A stretch of 64,000 nucleotides of DNA from Vitrella brassicaformis CCMP3155 (Eukaryota > Protista > Chromerida): contig CDMY01000291.1 of assembly GCA_001179505.1 (NCBI GenBank), forward strand, positions 62,001 through 126,000. The letters are read 5' to 3'. Positions 49,389 through 61,295 of the stretch are shown in pieces; the stretch's first letter is position 1, and every line of letters starts with the position of its first letter. The notes below the pieces were generated by a model. It was not told where the DNA came from. It made no database searches and saw nothing but the letters and a program-made list of their open reading frames with translations. The position numbers and the translations under genes are program-made.

Positions 49389-50468
49389 CTAGCCCGTTTC
49401 ATACTGGCTGCCCTCGCGCCACGACCTCTCGCTTGCCTGGTCTACACTGCTTACATCCTCGTCCGTGAACGACTCGTTCTGACTGTCCAGCGCCTCACCC
49501 GACTCTTCCTCGTGATCATTCACCCGCCCCGGCCCCCCTGGCTGCCCCTGCCCCTGCTGCTGCTGTTGCAGCTCTTTCTCCAGCCTCTTTATCTTCTCAT
49601 CCTGATCCTTACACGGCTGCCCTTCCTTCTCTGTGGTGGATGTCTCTTCTTCATCTTCCTCTTGCTCTTCTTCTCGTTCCTCCTCTTGTTCCTCCTCTCC
49701 CTGGTCTTCTTGTTGCTCGGGGGAGGGGGAGGGCGAGGGCGATGGGTAAGCCAGCTGCGGAATGTCATGTGTTCTCCTTGCCGGCTGCTGCAGTGTCTCA
49801 CACCGATACCCAACGTAGCCGTCCTTGCACTTGCAGCCGCCCAGCATCTGTATGTGACGGAGACAGACACACGAGTGAGCAAGGTACGCAGGGCAACATG
49901 TGATATTTTGCTGTAACATACTGGGTCACATGTCTTTGGCTGACATCCTTGTGAGCAGGCGAGACAATCAGGCCCCCATTGCGACTCAGGACAGCAGAAT
50001 GGCCCGTATGTCCTGTCAAACCCTGACCGTGGAAAGCGATGGCATTGCTGTGCTTTCGATTCAGCCCTTTGTTTGTGCGTGCCTCTTCTGTTCTGTTCCT
50101 CACCCACATTTTTCGCAATAGGCGTGAGCGTTGATGGTGATGAAGCACTCCTTGCACAGGCGTTGTAGGCGTTCAGGGCACTCGACATGACGATGAGGGT
50201 CTAGTGGTGGATCCTCTTCCTTGGTGAAGGGCTGGCCGTCTTCTGCCCGGACAAAGAAGCCTCGACTGTTCATCACTCCCATGACTTGCACCCGATCACC
50301 ACTGCCACTCTCGAGTAAGCTGGCCGGAGGACCCCCGTGGAGCAGCGGTTGTCGCCTTCTCCTGCTCGATGTGACTTTCGCCCTGTACCGTGCAGATCTC
50401 CTCTCCGTGTGGGCTGCGGCCATCTATGTGGCGGCCAAGAGAGTCACTGCAAAGGCCAGCCGCATCAT
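49389..50468 (-). CDS. EGF-like (laminin/MEGF-type) domain protein with acidic tail; signal-like leader interrupted by TAG, possibly a pseudogene
   Basis: Spliced CCPESQWGPDCLACSQGCQPKTCDP|MLGGCKCKDGYVGYRC; E/Q-rich C-terminus; MMRLAFAVTLLAAT*MAAAH at the 5' end. Confidence 0.55.
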
Positions 50469-50620
50469 TCATGTGATGGGTCGGCGATCGATCTGGGGGC
50501 GGTGGGGGCGGATGTGCCGATCTACCAGTCCAGCCTGAGGCCAAATTCAGCAGATGCATGCAGATGGGGGCGAGACTGGGGGTGCTTCGTCTGGCAGTCG
50601 AGTCCGCGTGAGTCAGGTCA

Positions 50621-52941
50621 ATGGCGTTCCTGCTGCTGTTTGCTCTGGCCGTCTCCGGCTTGCAGTGCACCGGCGCAGCGGTCGTTGGCCGCCACGCCAA
50701 TCTCAATGTGACAATGCGCTCGACAATGCGCGCGGCGGCGCCGGCACCTGCTGTGCCGCCGTCTCCCCCTCCCGCAGTGTCCCTCCAGCTCAAACGGAAG
50801 GGCGGGGAGGGGGACAAGTCGCCCTCGCCCAAGAAGCCCAGGTTCGGGGGTGATGGGCCGTTTGCGAAGCAGCAGGCGGGGCTCGTCTACAAAGGATTCT
50901 ACGAGGTGGCGTCAGGCGAGAGGGATCCGGCCAACCGCCGGGAGGAGGGCTTCAAGAAGCTCATCGACAAGGCCAAGAATGCTGGAGGGGGCCTGGTGGA
51001 GGGCGCCCCTGACCCCAACAAACCTGTCTTCTTCGATCAATGCCACGGTGATCGCAAAACGCACAGCGCACATGCAGACCATACATAGATCGTCCGGCCC
51101 TTCACATGTCTCATGTATGTCTCGTCTTTGGTGATACATAGTCAACAGGTGGCTGTCGGGCAAGGCCCCCGGGTACGTCAGTGAGAGTGTGGAGGGACAC
51201 ATGCGAGAGTACAGGCATGCACAAGAGAGTGTCTCTCTCTGTCTGCCCTGGTGTATTGCAGCTACTGTGACCCAGCGCTGGAGTACTCAGGGTCGTTAGA
51301 CAGCCACGTGCTCGAGGGCGGAAAGAAGGCCGTCGATATCGTGACCGGGGAGAGTCCTGATCCGAATCTCAACAACCAGCTCCGTCACACCTTCACACCC
51401 ACAGACCCAAAGGAGCCCATCCTCAGGTACGTACAAATCACATCCACCACGAGTCTCACGGGTCCCGTGTGTCACTCAGCCCGTGCACAGCGTTGTATGG
51501 AGCGACAAACACAGGCCTGATGGAAGGCGATATCATGGGCGCCCATCCTCTCGCGATCCCCCGCATCAAGAGCCTGGTGAAGAATCTCCACGCGAAGACG
51601 TGGCTGCTCCCCGAGAACATCCACCTCACCAGCAGGCACAGCATACAAGGGTTCCCACTCGATATGCCAGTAAACCCGCGGCATTGCACCGGTGTCCTCG
51701 GGAGAGGCGGCCTTGGCAAGTGGGGGCCAAACAATGCCGCAGATTCGATGCTTCGCTCGTCAGAAAAAACTGACACAAATTCAGCCCCATCAATCACTTG
51801 TCTGCATGCATCTCTTCTTGTCTGTGTGCTTCAGTTGTTCCGCAAGGTACCTACCGCACCTCAGATCTTGACTCTTCCTTTACTTGGCCTGTCACCTTGT
51901 TCCGCAAGAATCCCACGACTAAGAAGCTTGAAGTCCTGCTCATCAAGCGCTCCGATAGCGGCGACTGGGCGTTCGCTGGCGGCATGGTCGACGACCAGGT
52001 GCGTGGGGAGAGACCAGAGGGACACACATATCTGTCTGTACTCAAAAACGTCAATCTGCCCTACGCATGCATGTCTTGATTGTACAGGAGTACATGACCC
52101 CCGTCACAACTGCCGCACGGTGGGGCGTAAGCGTGAGGCTAGCTTGCGCTCGTGTCTTTCCCGATCGATCATGCCTGCAGGGAGCTGATTGAGGAGACCC
52201 TCACAGGCAAAGACGCAAAATCCATCTGCGACAACTGGAGCACCATCAAGAAAAAGAAGAGCCTTAAGGTCATGATGACCACAATGGGCCTGGACGTGGG
52301 CAAGGGAGACATCAAATTCGCCTGCAAGGGCGGCGAGGACAAGTGCAAGGAAGTCGACTGCGAGGCGGCGGTCTCCGAGGAAGGTGTCCAGAAGCTGCTG
52401 AGCTCGGCTGCACTGGTGTACGCAGGATACGGTACGTACGTACATCGAGAGATACGTACAGGAAAGGATACCAACGTTGGTACAAATGTACTGATTCCCT
52501 GAGTGGATCGATGGCTCACCATTTACTCCTGCGTTCGTTCAGTTGACGATCCCCGCAACACCGACAACGCCTGGATGGAGTCGTTCGCTTTGGCATGGAT
52601 GGTCCCTGACGACCTCGCTGACCGGGTCACCGACCTGCCTGGAGGGTCCGACTCCACCGAAGGTCGGTGACAGTGACACGCCCATGCATACGTGCAAACC
52701 GACGACTTCTCGTCTGCATCTGCATGTAATGTTGATGGATACAGTTGCCTGGTGGCCCATCCACAAATCGATCCCCAAGGGCAGCGGGGAGGAGGCCCCG
52801 ATGCTCAAGGACGGGACGCTATTCGCCAGCCACTCGTTCTTTCTGCGCGCCGGCACCCACGCCCTCCTTGAGCTCCCCAAGGTGCGAGGCACCATTACCA
52901 ACTACGCTGCTATCCAGAAGGCGTTGGCGAAAGGTGAGTGA
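50621..52941 (+). CDS. NUDT9-like Nudix hydrolase (ADP-ribose pyrophosphatase family) with N-terminal signal peptide; 3' end may continue towards the gap
   Basis: PVNPRHCTGVLGRGGLGKWGPNNAAD, LEVLLIKRSDSGDWAFAGGMVD, RELIEETL, YAGY|VDDPRNTDNAWMES, LFASH; hydrophobic MAFLLLFALAVSGLQCTGA. Confidence 0.88.
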
Positions 52942-53056
52942 GTGGGGGGAGGGGGCTGGTTCTTGATTCGATGGTTTGTGCATGCTTGCAGCCGAGAAGC
53001 AAAGCCCCTACAATCTCTACTTGAAGTGAGTACACGTCGATTCATCCATGTCGCAT

Positions 53057-53356
53057 NNNNNNNNNNNNNNNNNNNNNNNNNNNNNNNNNNNNNNNNNNNN
53101 NNNNNNNNNNNNNNNNNNNNNNNNNNNNNNNNNNNNNNNNNNNNNNNNNNNNNNNNNNNNNNNNNNNNNNNNNNNNNNNNNNNNNNNNNNNNNNNNNNNN
53201 NNNNNNNNNNNNNNNNNNNNNNNNNNNNNNNNNNNNNNNNNNNNNNNNNNNNNNNNNNNNNNNNNNNNNNNNNNNNNNNNNNNNNNNNNNNNNNNNNNNN
53301 NNNNNNNNNNNNNNNNNNNNNNNNNNNNNNNNNNNNNNNNNNNNNNNNNNNNNNNN
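53057..53356. other. Assembly gap (300 N)
   Basis: Run of n characters. Confidence 1.
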
Positions 53357-53612
53357 GTATTCGTGGCCATGGATGGATGTACTCGTGGAGACGCCAGGCC
53401 AAGAGACACAGACATCTGACTGACTGAATTAGAGACCATCACATGGGGCACTCACACTGACATCGAGCGATCGACGTCCAATAGACAAATTTAAACACAT
53501 GCATATGTGTGACGTCTTGGGTCCACTGATTGACTGACTGACTGTTTGTCTCTTCTCTCTTCGCTCGACCGATTCATCCGTCTGGCCATCCGGCTGTCGG
53601 TCACACCCCACC

Positions 53613-54580
53613 ATGCCGCAAGGGTGGAGGCAAAGGCGGCAAGGGCCTCTCGTTCGACGAGAAGAAGCGCAGACTCACCGACGCCATGCACAAGAGCAAG
53701 TCATTCTTCACCATGAAGGAACTCGAGAAGCTCGGTAAGTGATCACACGCCGCTGCCTATGGTTGATTGTGTCTCACTCTGTCTGTGTGCAGCTACTGGT
53801 GTCGGGATTGTGCTTCAGTCGGTCAAGGACGTGGTGAATGAGCTCGTGGGAGACGGCATCATACTCACAGACAAAGTTGGCGCATCCAACATCTACTGGT
53901 CAGCCAACTCCATCCATCAGGCGAAACGCGTGCATGCATGTGTCCGTTGTTTGTGTGTCTGTGTGTGGGCTGGTCGCGCAGGGCGTTGCCATCTGAGCAG
54001 AAGAAGGCTCAGGAAAGGCTGCTCACCTCGTTGCGGTGAGGCGGGCGACCTTCGTGTCTCTGTGCATGAGTGTGTGTCATCGAGTTGTTGTGTGTCAGTG
54101 AGGAGGAGGCTCGTCTGCGTGATGAGCTCGAGTCGATGTCGGTCAAGCTGGACGAGGCCCGCAAGAGTGCCGGTGACGCGACATACAAGGCCAACCTCGA
54201 CAAAATGCTCACACTGCAACAGGAGACGGAGGTCACTCACACGCACAAGAGAGAAAGACAAGGAGAGACATGGTGTTGTGCTGTGTGGCAGGAGTTGGAC
54301 AAGTCGCTGGCTGCGTTCCGTTCCAACGACCCCCGTGCCATCCAGCAGAAGCGACAGGAAATCGACATGGCCAAACATGCGGCAGAGAGATGGTCAGACA
54401 TGCACTGATTTGTCGAGCGACAGGCACGAGCTCCCTATCTCTCTGTGCGTCCTGTGTGTGTGTGTGGGTAGGACCGACAACATCATCACGGCCCGTCGAT
54501 GGATGTCCCGTGAGCAGGGCGCGCCGCTGGAGGAAATCAACAGGCACTTCGAAATCCCACCAGAGCTTGACGAAGAATGA
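53613..54580 (+). CDS. MND1: Meiotic nuclear division protein 1; first ATG out of frame with the conserved N-terminus
   Basis: KGLSFDEKK...FFTMKELEKL, VLQSVKDVVNELVGDG...DKVGASNIY|WALPS, NDP, AAER|WTDNI; TGA 54578-54580. Confidence 0.9.
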
Positions 54581-54974
54581 ACAAACGAACAAAGAAATAC
54601 ACGCATCTGTGACTGGCGGAGAGACACAGAATGTCTGCGTGCGTACGTCTGGTGTGTGAGGACTGATGACGTCGACGTACGTGTGAATGCGCTTCATCGC
54701 AATGTTCGCGTTCCTTTCCAGTCCGTGTGTCACATGAACTAACATCTAACCACACCCCCGAGCAAACACACACGTCCGTCAGCAAACGGAACCCACTAGC
54801 TAGTGCAGATCGAAGACAGACCCCGATGCACCTTTCAATCAGATGTCAGTTAGCCGCATATTGCTGGACAGTACGTCAACCGACTCCGTCTGCCTTGCCC
54901 CAGCAAGATGTACACTACTTTGTTGATCAGATAAATGCAAATCAATCCAATGCCCCCGTCCCCAATATGGTTGA

Positions 54975-57385
54975 TCACACGCCGTAGTCTCTCAACATGT
55001 CGCGTAGGGCCCACCATGCGGGCTTCTTGTTGTAGTTCTCATCGTAGAGGAGGGGGCGGGAGTTCGTGAGCCACGTGTGCCTGTCGGTGAATCCCCACAT
55101 GACGTACGCGGTGCAGTTGGGCTCTAGATTACAGACAGACCAGAGACATGGAGGGAATGGTGCTCGCAGGTGTCTCTCGGTGTGTCGTGAGTGCGTACCA
55201 TCCAGGCACACCGCCATCAAAGCAGAATACACACTAGCCTGATCGATGACAGACAGACGGACAGACGACAGACAGACGGAAAGACGACATGAAATGCGCA
55301 TCCTTGGGGCATGTCTCTTTCTTTCTATTTCCAAAATTCCCTACCTGACGGCTGGCTTGTGCATCCCCCCAGTCGGCGCATGGGACCCACCTGTCGCCGC
55401 CCACCATTTCGCCAGTGGGGGCGCGCCACTCGCCGCAGCCCACGTCCAGCTCGGTGAACTGGACTTCCAAGCCGAGCTCGCCGTATCGCTGGATGTTCTT
55501 GCGCACGCCGTCGACCAGGTCGTAGTAGGTGTTGATGTGCAGCTGGAAGCCCACACCGTCGATGACGCCGTCCCTTTGCAGGCCCCTGACCATGTTGTAC
55601 ATGGCATTGGACTTGCCGCGCGACCAACCATCCTGGGCAGACGCAAAGACGCTGTCCACGTGTGTCTCGCGTGTGTACGTGAGTTCGTACCATCGACGCG
55701 ACGCCGTAATCGTTATAGTAGAGCTTGAATGGCTTGTTTTTCGCGGACAGGGCCCTGCTCGCGACGTGGAAGGTGTGCGACACCCAGTCGGGAATGGCGG
55801 GGTACAGGGCACCGTCACTGCGGTATCTCGGCGTCTGGCCACCGTCAGGCTGGTTATCGTCCATAGCTGAGTCGCCACGCAAGAACGTCAAGAAGACCTT
55901 TCTTCGATGTGCGTACGTCAAGAAGCCGCCTCCCTGTCTCACCTTCGTTGGCAACGTCCCACCAGAGTACTCTGTCGACGTAGTGGTCGATCACCCTCTC
56001 AGTAAATGACGTGAGGGCGTTCCTCTTGTCATTGGGGTTGAGTCCCTTGAACCATCCCGGGAGCGAGAAGTACCAGGCCAGGGCGTGGTAGCGGAACCCC
56101 ATGCCGTTGTCCTGGCAGAAATCAGCTATCCTATTGAGACACGAATGGATTGATTGTCCACTCCTCGGCCATCCTACTTGCTGCGTACCTGTCGCATAGG
56201 TTCCAGTTGATGGTGTTGGCGTTTGGTGCTATCGCCGTGTGTTTGCACTCCCACTCGGCGACGGCCATGTTGTACTGCTCAGCGAGGATGCTGGTGTATT
56301 GGCCATTGTTCATGTGGGCCGTGTTGATGGCCGAGCCGATGTACAGCTTCCGATTGTCAGCCAACGCGCGAAGAGTGCCTGAACACGCACAGTTGGGCAT
56401 GTATGGAAAGACACATACAAACATACCTGCTTCAGAGTCGCCGGGTTTGATGAACGACTCCTTAGTGGTGGTGAGCTGGAACTGTGTGATGCCGCCTTGC
56501 GGTGAGCCAGAGAGGGGGATGAGGACCCCGGGCACTTCGGGCAGAGGAGGAGCTGACCACCCACAGGGGCTCATGCACCAGTGACACGAGTCCCCACACA
56601 CGTGCAGGCACGCACGGCAGAGCCACAGGATCGGCCTGGTAACGGATGCGCCCTCTGATCCCTCGACAGCACTCTCTGCCTCATCCATAACTCCCGGGCA
56701 TTTTTCGGGGCCCGAGATCGCCAGGGCTCCTCCAGTCTGCTCGGACTTGGGAAACTCCGAGGCATGTAGTTTGCATTGTGTCTGCTCCGGTACGAACGTG
56801 AAGGCCTTGCAGTCGCTGCGCTTCGCACAGAGATGCTGGCACGCTTCGGTCGTCAGCACGTCCAGGACCCTGAGCACAATGCGGCTGTCGTACGTCACGC
56901 CCTCCTCATAACAATCTGCCGACCAACAGACACAGACGAGAAGAAAATGTCTCTCAAAGACCCATTGGCCTCTCTGGCGATTTGCGTACCGGGGAAGCAT
57001 GTCTTTGGCCCAGTGAGGGCCCCCGAGTCGTCCACGGACGCGGTGGCGAGTGCCGCAGCTGACTTGAGCCAGCACTGCTTCTCGTTGTCGCGGTAGTTGA
57101 AGACAGCACACTCGGGGAGTGCCTGGCACTTGGACTGGCAGTGGTCGACGGAGCTCGTGTCCCTCCACGCTTGCACATCGAAACCTATGTAGTCCTTGCC
57201 CGGCGTGAAGCAATCTGGTCGGAAACAGGGAAGTAGTCTTGTCGGAAATTGCGATGCAGTGGGTTTCCGCACTTCTTACCCTTCGGCACTTTGAGGCTTC
57301 TCCTGGCAGCTCCTTGGTCATCTACGGCATTGTCGGCGTAGGCTCCCGCAAGAAAGGTGACCAGCAAGAAGAAAAGAGCAGCCAT
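54975..57385 (-). CDS. Secreted glycoside hydrolase family 10 (endo-xylanase-like) with two N-terminal PAN/Apple domains
   Basis: Signal MAALFFLLVTFLAGAYA; two CF/CY...HCQ..C....C..F.....C.L...SGP.C modules; GH10 motifs RYHALAW, WDVANE|A, LYYNDY, IDGVGFQLH, VQFTELDV, WGFTDRHTW, PLLYDENYNKKPAW. Confidence 0.93.
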
Positions 57386-57629
57386 TTTCGTCTTCGAAAA
57401 TCGCGACTTTCCGGGCCCCAAGTTGGGGGCGAATTCCGAGATCGGATCGATGAGAACGTGGATCGTTCACAGAAGTGTCACGGAACATAGACACATCGAG
57501 CCATACGCAACCCACATCAATGACATGTATTGCATGGATGCCTCCCTTCCGTCCGTCGACGTCTGCCGGCACATCTTGTCTCAAATAATATGTGTGTCTG
57601 TGTGTTCGTGTCCTTTTCTCTTTCCGACG

Positions 57630-58100
57630 TGTCGCTTCCGTGCTTCAAGTGCCGAGCAGCTTCTGCAGACACGTGTTGTAGAGGTTCTCGCACTTGTCTG
57701 ACGTATAGTCAATGCAATGCATCCACACACACACGCAGTCCCACACGCATTCAATACAGCGATGAATGAGTGTACGCACCTTTGTAGTTGTTGCTGAGTG
57801 TGGGGCAGAATGTGAGCAGTGCGCGGCTGCGGGACAGCCACTTCTCGGCGAAGCTGAGGTTTTGCAGGCGGAAGTAGTACACGCCGTTGTTCCACGCAGT
57901 CGCAGCAAACCACTCCAGCTGCACACGCAGATACACAGATGGACAGACAGACAGACAGACGAACAGACAGACAGACATGCGAAGCTGTTCGTTAGTCCCA
58001 TGGACCTCGTCGTTGGGCCATCCCTTAGCGCCTGTGGCGCTGATGCGGTCGTGCAGCTCGTTGTAGATGGGCAACGTCTGGTTACGAGACGAACGGGACT
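57630..58100 (-). CDS. Possible small hypothetical gene (exon fragments only)
   Basis: Coding-like segments TLPIYNELHDRISATGAKGWPNDEVHG and LEWFAATAWNNGVYYFRLQNLSFAEKWL between microsatellite introns; no confident start. Confidence 0.3.
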
Positions 58101-58439
58101 CTGCACACATACACACTTTCAGCTCTGTCGTACCTGTGTGTATTTATGCGAACCTTCGATTTCGACGAGCGATCGGTATGCCATGGCTACCTTGGCGAGG
58201 TCGGGGCCGGAGGAGCTGGCAAACGACGACACCAGGTACTGCATCGTAAACACCGATTCGCCGTGTTCTGTCGTGTGATGGTGATGATTGCAGTGTCGAG
58301 TCGACTGAAGGACAGCAAGGCGTCTTGTGACGGTAGTGTTGCTGAGTGGACGGCGGACAGTGACGTACAGCCGACAGACAGGTACAAGGCCGTTGTGGAG
58401 CGGCCAATATGACCCTTCGGTGCTCTCTCTCTCTCTCTG

Positions 58440-59400
58440 TCAGTTGTCAGTATTCTGTGGTGTCGCCGGGCATAGCTCTGCATGACCTCCAGGCCAACCT
58501 CGCCTATGTGGTGGACGAGCTCGTCACGAGAGAACAGCTGCACCAGGCGGCACTGCAAAAGGCCGGAGACACTGACCTGGAGAAGGCCGACACTGAGGTG
58601 TCGCAGCGGCATCACACTGGCGGCTGGAAGGCCCTCTACGAGGCATTCAAGAAGGCCAAACGGACACTCATCAAAGCCGGCAGCCCGCCGGTCAGCGGAC
58701 GAGAGCAGTCGATGTCCCTCTGTCTGTCGATGAGCATAAACCCACCTCTGTTGCGTTGAATGCAGGGGGCCATCCCGGAGGTCCTCGCGAGCCTCGTGCC
58801 GATGGTAGTGGATACGCCAGCCGCCACAGAGGACGTCCCGATGAGCGGCATATCGTCACCCGCCAGCTCAACCCGGTCAAAGCAGAGCGATTGCCAGGAG
58901 GCCCTCACGCCCCCCTCTCACCTCGTGTGGGTCGATTGGCATCGGCTCAGCAGCCAAGACAAGGACAGCGCAGCCCTGTCGATGTCAGTGGAGGCCGTCT
59001 ACGATGCCGTGGCGGCGATGGACGGCACCGCGGCCAGCAAGAATGACGACGACAAGTAGGTCTGTCAAGGCAGCGGCGACCCATGTGAGGGAATGTCAGC
59101 CGAGGCGATGGGACAGTTGTGCGCAGACGGGACGATTAAATTTATCGTTATACATATGCTGTGGAATGAGGGCTCGTGTGTATGCTTGTTTGTTGCGTTG
59201 TGTTTTCTGATGGTTTTCATCGAAACTCAAGACGTATACACGTGTAATCGACACGTGTCTGCAGGTGAGAGAGGAGTGCGTGGGACGAGTGCATGTGGGC
59301 ACGCACCCTTTCTTTGGCTCTGCTCTTTACATGGCCGTTGGTAGTTGGTGGTTTTATGTTGGTTTTTATGCATCTCAGCGTCCTTTTGTGGCCCATTTTG
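58440..59400. repeat. Left outer arm of inverted duplication (partner ~63040 to window end)
   Basis: Reverse-complement match including intron and 3' flank. Confidence 0.9.
58443..59059 (+). CDS. Hypothetical protein, 3' exons (left copy of inverted duplication); start uncertain, about 58180
   Basis: VVSPGIALHDLQANLAYVV...TGGWKALYEAFKKAK...|GAIPEVLASL...LVWVDWHRL...NDDDK*; conserved reading frame in the second copy. Confidence 0.55.
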
Positions 59401-60252
59401 ATCGATAATGCGCGAGTGGCAGACAGAGCATAGGTCCACATCTTACGTGTACATGCATGATAGGTCTGATTCCATACATGTAGGAAATTCATGCTGTTGT
59501 CACCAAAACGAACGCAGTCGCCTGACATGCTCAGTCTCGTTCAGAGAGTGTGGGAAGGGATCACATCACTGACGCTTCTGAATGAGGACATTCAGTCATA
59601 CAATCGAGCCACATCCGATCCCCAACCCGTACGTCAGATGCACACGCATGCCAGCCCTCACTGCAGCTGGAAAAAATCACAACCGCACCGCCCACATGCA
59701 GCCAACAAACATGTATGTATAAGCCACCTGATTGTGGCTGTACCACACGCCACCACACACATCGCAATCAGAGAGCAGCAGCAGCAGCAGAAAAGGATAT
59801 GTGCACACGGATAAAAGTGGCCCACATTCCGGCATCCACGTGCACACACGATGTCCCTCCCCCCGCTCCCCACCACATAGAAAGAGCGAGAGAGAGAGCA
59901 TTGGCAGCAGCATAGCATTACTCGCTCACCACATCAAGCCACTTCACAAACAAACGCGCATCAGCAAGCGACTCTCTTTGGCAAATCCGTACCTACAGAC
60001 ATGACTGTACTAACTGACTAACTAATTGACCAACTAACTAGCTGACTAACCAAGCAAGTCGTCCACAGAGCAGCCAAGACAGACAGACAGCCACACACAG
60101 ACAGACAGGTTGAGCCGTAGGTGGACATCCATTGATGCACATCCCTCCCCCACGCACTCTCTCGTGCCATCTGGGATTGGCCTTCCCTCCAGGTTTCGGA
60201 GGCAGCCATTCATGTGTGGCATCGCACTGAACAAGAGGAACGCCGATGGGCT

Positions 60253-60963
60253 TCATTGATCACCAGTATCTTCCCCAGGTCCGTCGCTGTCGAAGGAGTC
60301 ATCAGCCTCGTCGCGCCGGTTGTCGCGCCGGTTGTCGCGCCGGTCGTCCCGGTCGTTGTCCCGATCGTTGCGCCGGTCGTTGCCATCATCCCCAGTATCC
60401 TCCCCAGGTCCGTCGTCGTCGAAGGAGTTATCAGCCTCGTCCCCAGTATCTTCCCCAGGTCCGTTGGGATTGAGAGAACTATCGGCCCTGCATGCATCAC
60501 ACATTGCAGCGAATCAGGAGTTCCTGCATGCATGCTTACGAGTCTGGTCGTCGCAGCGCCCCGCTGCCGGAGCTGCTGCTGTCACTGCCAAGAGAGCTCC
60601 ATCTATTGAGCCCGGAGTAGCTCTGAGATTGCGCTGGAGGGGAGATTGAGTCAGGGGCGTTGTTGGAATCCGCGTTGCCTCGAACATGTTGGTGAGGGCC
60701 TCGATTTCCTCTGCCGACAGCACGGACTGCAGTTCTCTCCGCTGATCCATCGCCTCATTTCGGTCCTCCTGCACTGCGCGAAGACGGCGACGCTGATGCA
60801 AAACAGACAGAACACAGAATCACGAAGACGATGCGTGAGTGACTGTCTGCCTTGAGTGCAGCTGACTGACCTGACCGACGTCAGAACTTCCGGTTCCTTG
60901 GCAGGGGGTGGCGGAGAGCATCGTAGCCGCCAGGCTGCACAGAAAGACCGCTGATGTCATCAT
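60253..60963 (-). CDS. Small secreted Asp/Arg/Gly-rich repetitive protein (paralogue 1)
   Basis: MMTSAVFLCSLAATMLSATPCQG signal; HQRRRLRAVQE...DQRRELQSVLSAEEIEALTNMF; tail with GPGEDTGD three times. Confidence 0.65.
60270..60475. repeat. Coding tandem repeats (GPGEDTGD-containing units and RRDN-like 12-mers)
   Basis: Three copies of (c/t)ccccaggtccgt.. with ccccagtatc, plus repeated gtcgcgccggtt. Confidence 0.75.
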
Positions 60964-61295
60964 GGCTTGAGCGTGTCACACTCAAAGATCTGGTTGAGAA
61001 TGTGTGCTGTGCTCTGTGCTTTGGGGGAGGAGACAGGGAGAGCACAATATCTCTACACAATATCTCTCTTCTCTCGCTCGGCACCGGCTTCCTCTCCTCT
61101 CCCGTTCCATGGAAGACCCTACCACATCCATGGCTTTAGGGTAACAAGGTATTCTGTGAAACTGCTCGCATAAGGGACGGTGTGATGAGAGAGGAGAGGA
61201 GAGTACCTGTCTTACCTGTCTTCCCCCCGGCACGATTAAGCGCAAAGCACGCGACCAGATCTTTGCGTGTGTCGGAGAAACCCCAAATCAAGCTG

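Noticed and set aside
49930-50010. CRELD orthologue based on CC...GPDCLAC
   Set aside because: The N-terminal CRELD domain is not visible; the Cys spacing fits a generic laminin/MEGF-type EGF repeat
44295-50426. TAG reassignment (non-standard genetic code) to explain two in-frame TAGs
   Set aside because: TAG terminates adhE, eIF5A and the histidine phosphatase at the expected ends, and the kinase also carries frameshifts
34695-52941. RNF114-like ligase and NUDT9-like hydrolase as an ADP-ribose signalling cluster
   Set aside because: They are ~14 kb apart with unrelated genes between, and probably in different compartments; nothing supports linkage
60270-60475. Repeat-spacer-like pattern resembling a CRISPR array
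   Set aside because: The units keep a reading frame inside a eukaryotic exon, are irregular, and no cas genes are present
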